64,000 nt of DNA, from NCBI RefSeq assembly GCF_004010195.1, contig NC_057718.1, positions 21,364,735 through 21,428,734 on the forward strand. The letters run 5' to 3'. Position 1 is the first letter of the stretch. Each line of letters starts with the position of its first letter. Shown piece by piece: positions 63,326 to 64,000 of the stretch. This DNA comes from Chiloscyllium plagiosum (Eukaryota). Under the pieces are notes generated by a model that saw only the letters and a list, made by a program, of their open reading frames with translations, did not search any database and was not told the DNA's origin. A program made the translations under genes and the position numbers.

Positions 63326-64000
63326 ACAGGGAACAACAGTTATCCAAACGAGATGGGCGGGCACTATTTCGTTTGGATAATTGATTATTCGGTTAATCGA
63401 ATAAATGCCTGTCCTCTGGGGTTCCAAGGATTTAAAGTCTGCTCCCGTTCAGGGGACTAGCAGCAGCAGAGAGCGCGCGAGACCCCGCTCCCAACCCCGT
63501 CCAATACCGCCCACGCAACCCTGCCCTCTGACACCGTCCAACACCCCAAACCCGTCCGAAACCGCGCCCTGCCCCACAACACCACCCCCCACCCGCCTCC
63601 TTCCAACACTGCCCCTGCCCCCTCTCCAGAGCAGCCAGACTGGACACCAACAATAAGACTGCTGCTGCTGCTGTTTTTGTGCGGTAAATCTCCAAATAGC
63701 GCATGCGCGCACACACACCACAGCTTCTTACTGAAATTTTTTGACAGGTTCCACATTTGCCCTGTACAGGACAATGATGGAGAGATTATCTGGAAAGGGG
63801 GTTTCAGGGTACACCCTTCTGTAGAACTCCAGGGAAAGTGTGGGGAGAGAGAGAGAGGCCAGGCAGTCAGTCATTTGGAGATGGTGCCTGTTTAATCACT
63901 GTAAACAAAAGACGCGATCACTGTTTAAAACACATCTTTGATGTAATGTTTCTATCGGGTCCTCGAGATTTCCTTCGGATAATCCGATTTTCAAATAATT
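63326..64000. mobile_element. Probable non-autonomous Tc1/mariner (Tigger-like) DNA element, running off the window
   Basis: Starts TA-CAGGGAAC..TTATCC; repeated TTATCC/GGATAAT subterminal motifs at both ends, also seen at about 34495-34570. Confidence 0.45.

Noticed and set aside
63405..63774. Pro/Gly-rich ORFs on both strands
   Set aside because: Low-complexity C-rich interior of a probable non-autonomous transposon
34330..64000. Exons of a neighbouring gene (QPCT lies next to PRKD3 in human)
   Set aside because: No matching peptide seen in the ORF track or by eye

Overview
Vertebrate genomic DNA, very probably a cartilaginous fish (inferred from HE1/SacSINE-type tRNA SINEs, CR1 LINEs with (CTAAT)n/(TTCTA)n tails and Penelope-type repeats), with two assembly gaps. 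The only host gene I can support is the 5' part of PRKD3 (protein kinase D3) on the minus strand. Its first coding exon is 29463-29762, a likely CpG-rich promoter at about 33.9-34.3 kb carries two divergent ZNF143/SBS-type motifs, and 1-29462 is apparently one long intron. The rest is retroelement debris: Penelope-like elements (PLEs), CR1, L2, Rex1/Babar-like, a near full-length decayed L1 with TSDs, a decayed Gypsy element, and a Gmr1-type LTR element (integrase before RT) into which a SINE and a CR1 with a 103-bp-monomer 5'UTR are nested. The most striking unexplained structure is a set of short, TSD-flanked, often palindromic PLE-derived insertions. They carry minimal type-I hammerhead ribozyme motifs (CUGAnGA...GAAA with a palindromic loop-less stem III) from at least three sequence families. 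Two copies keep a fully intact core, and most others have lost the catalytic G12 at a CpG site. All calls come from reading the sequence by eye; no searches were run.
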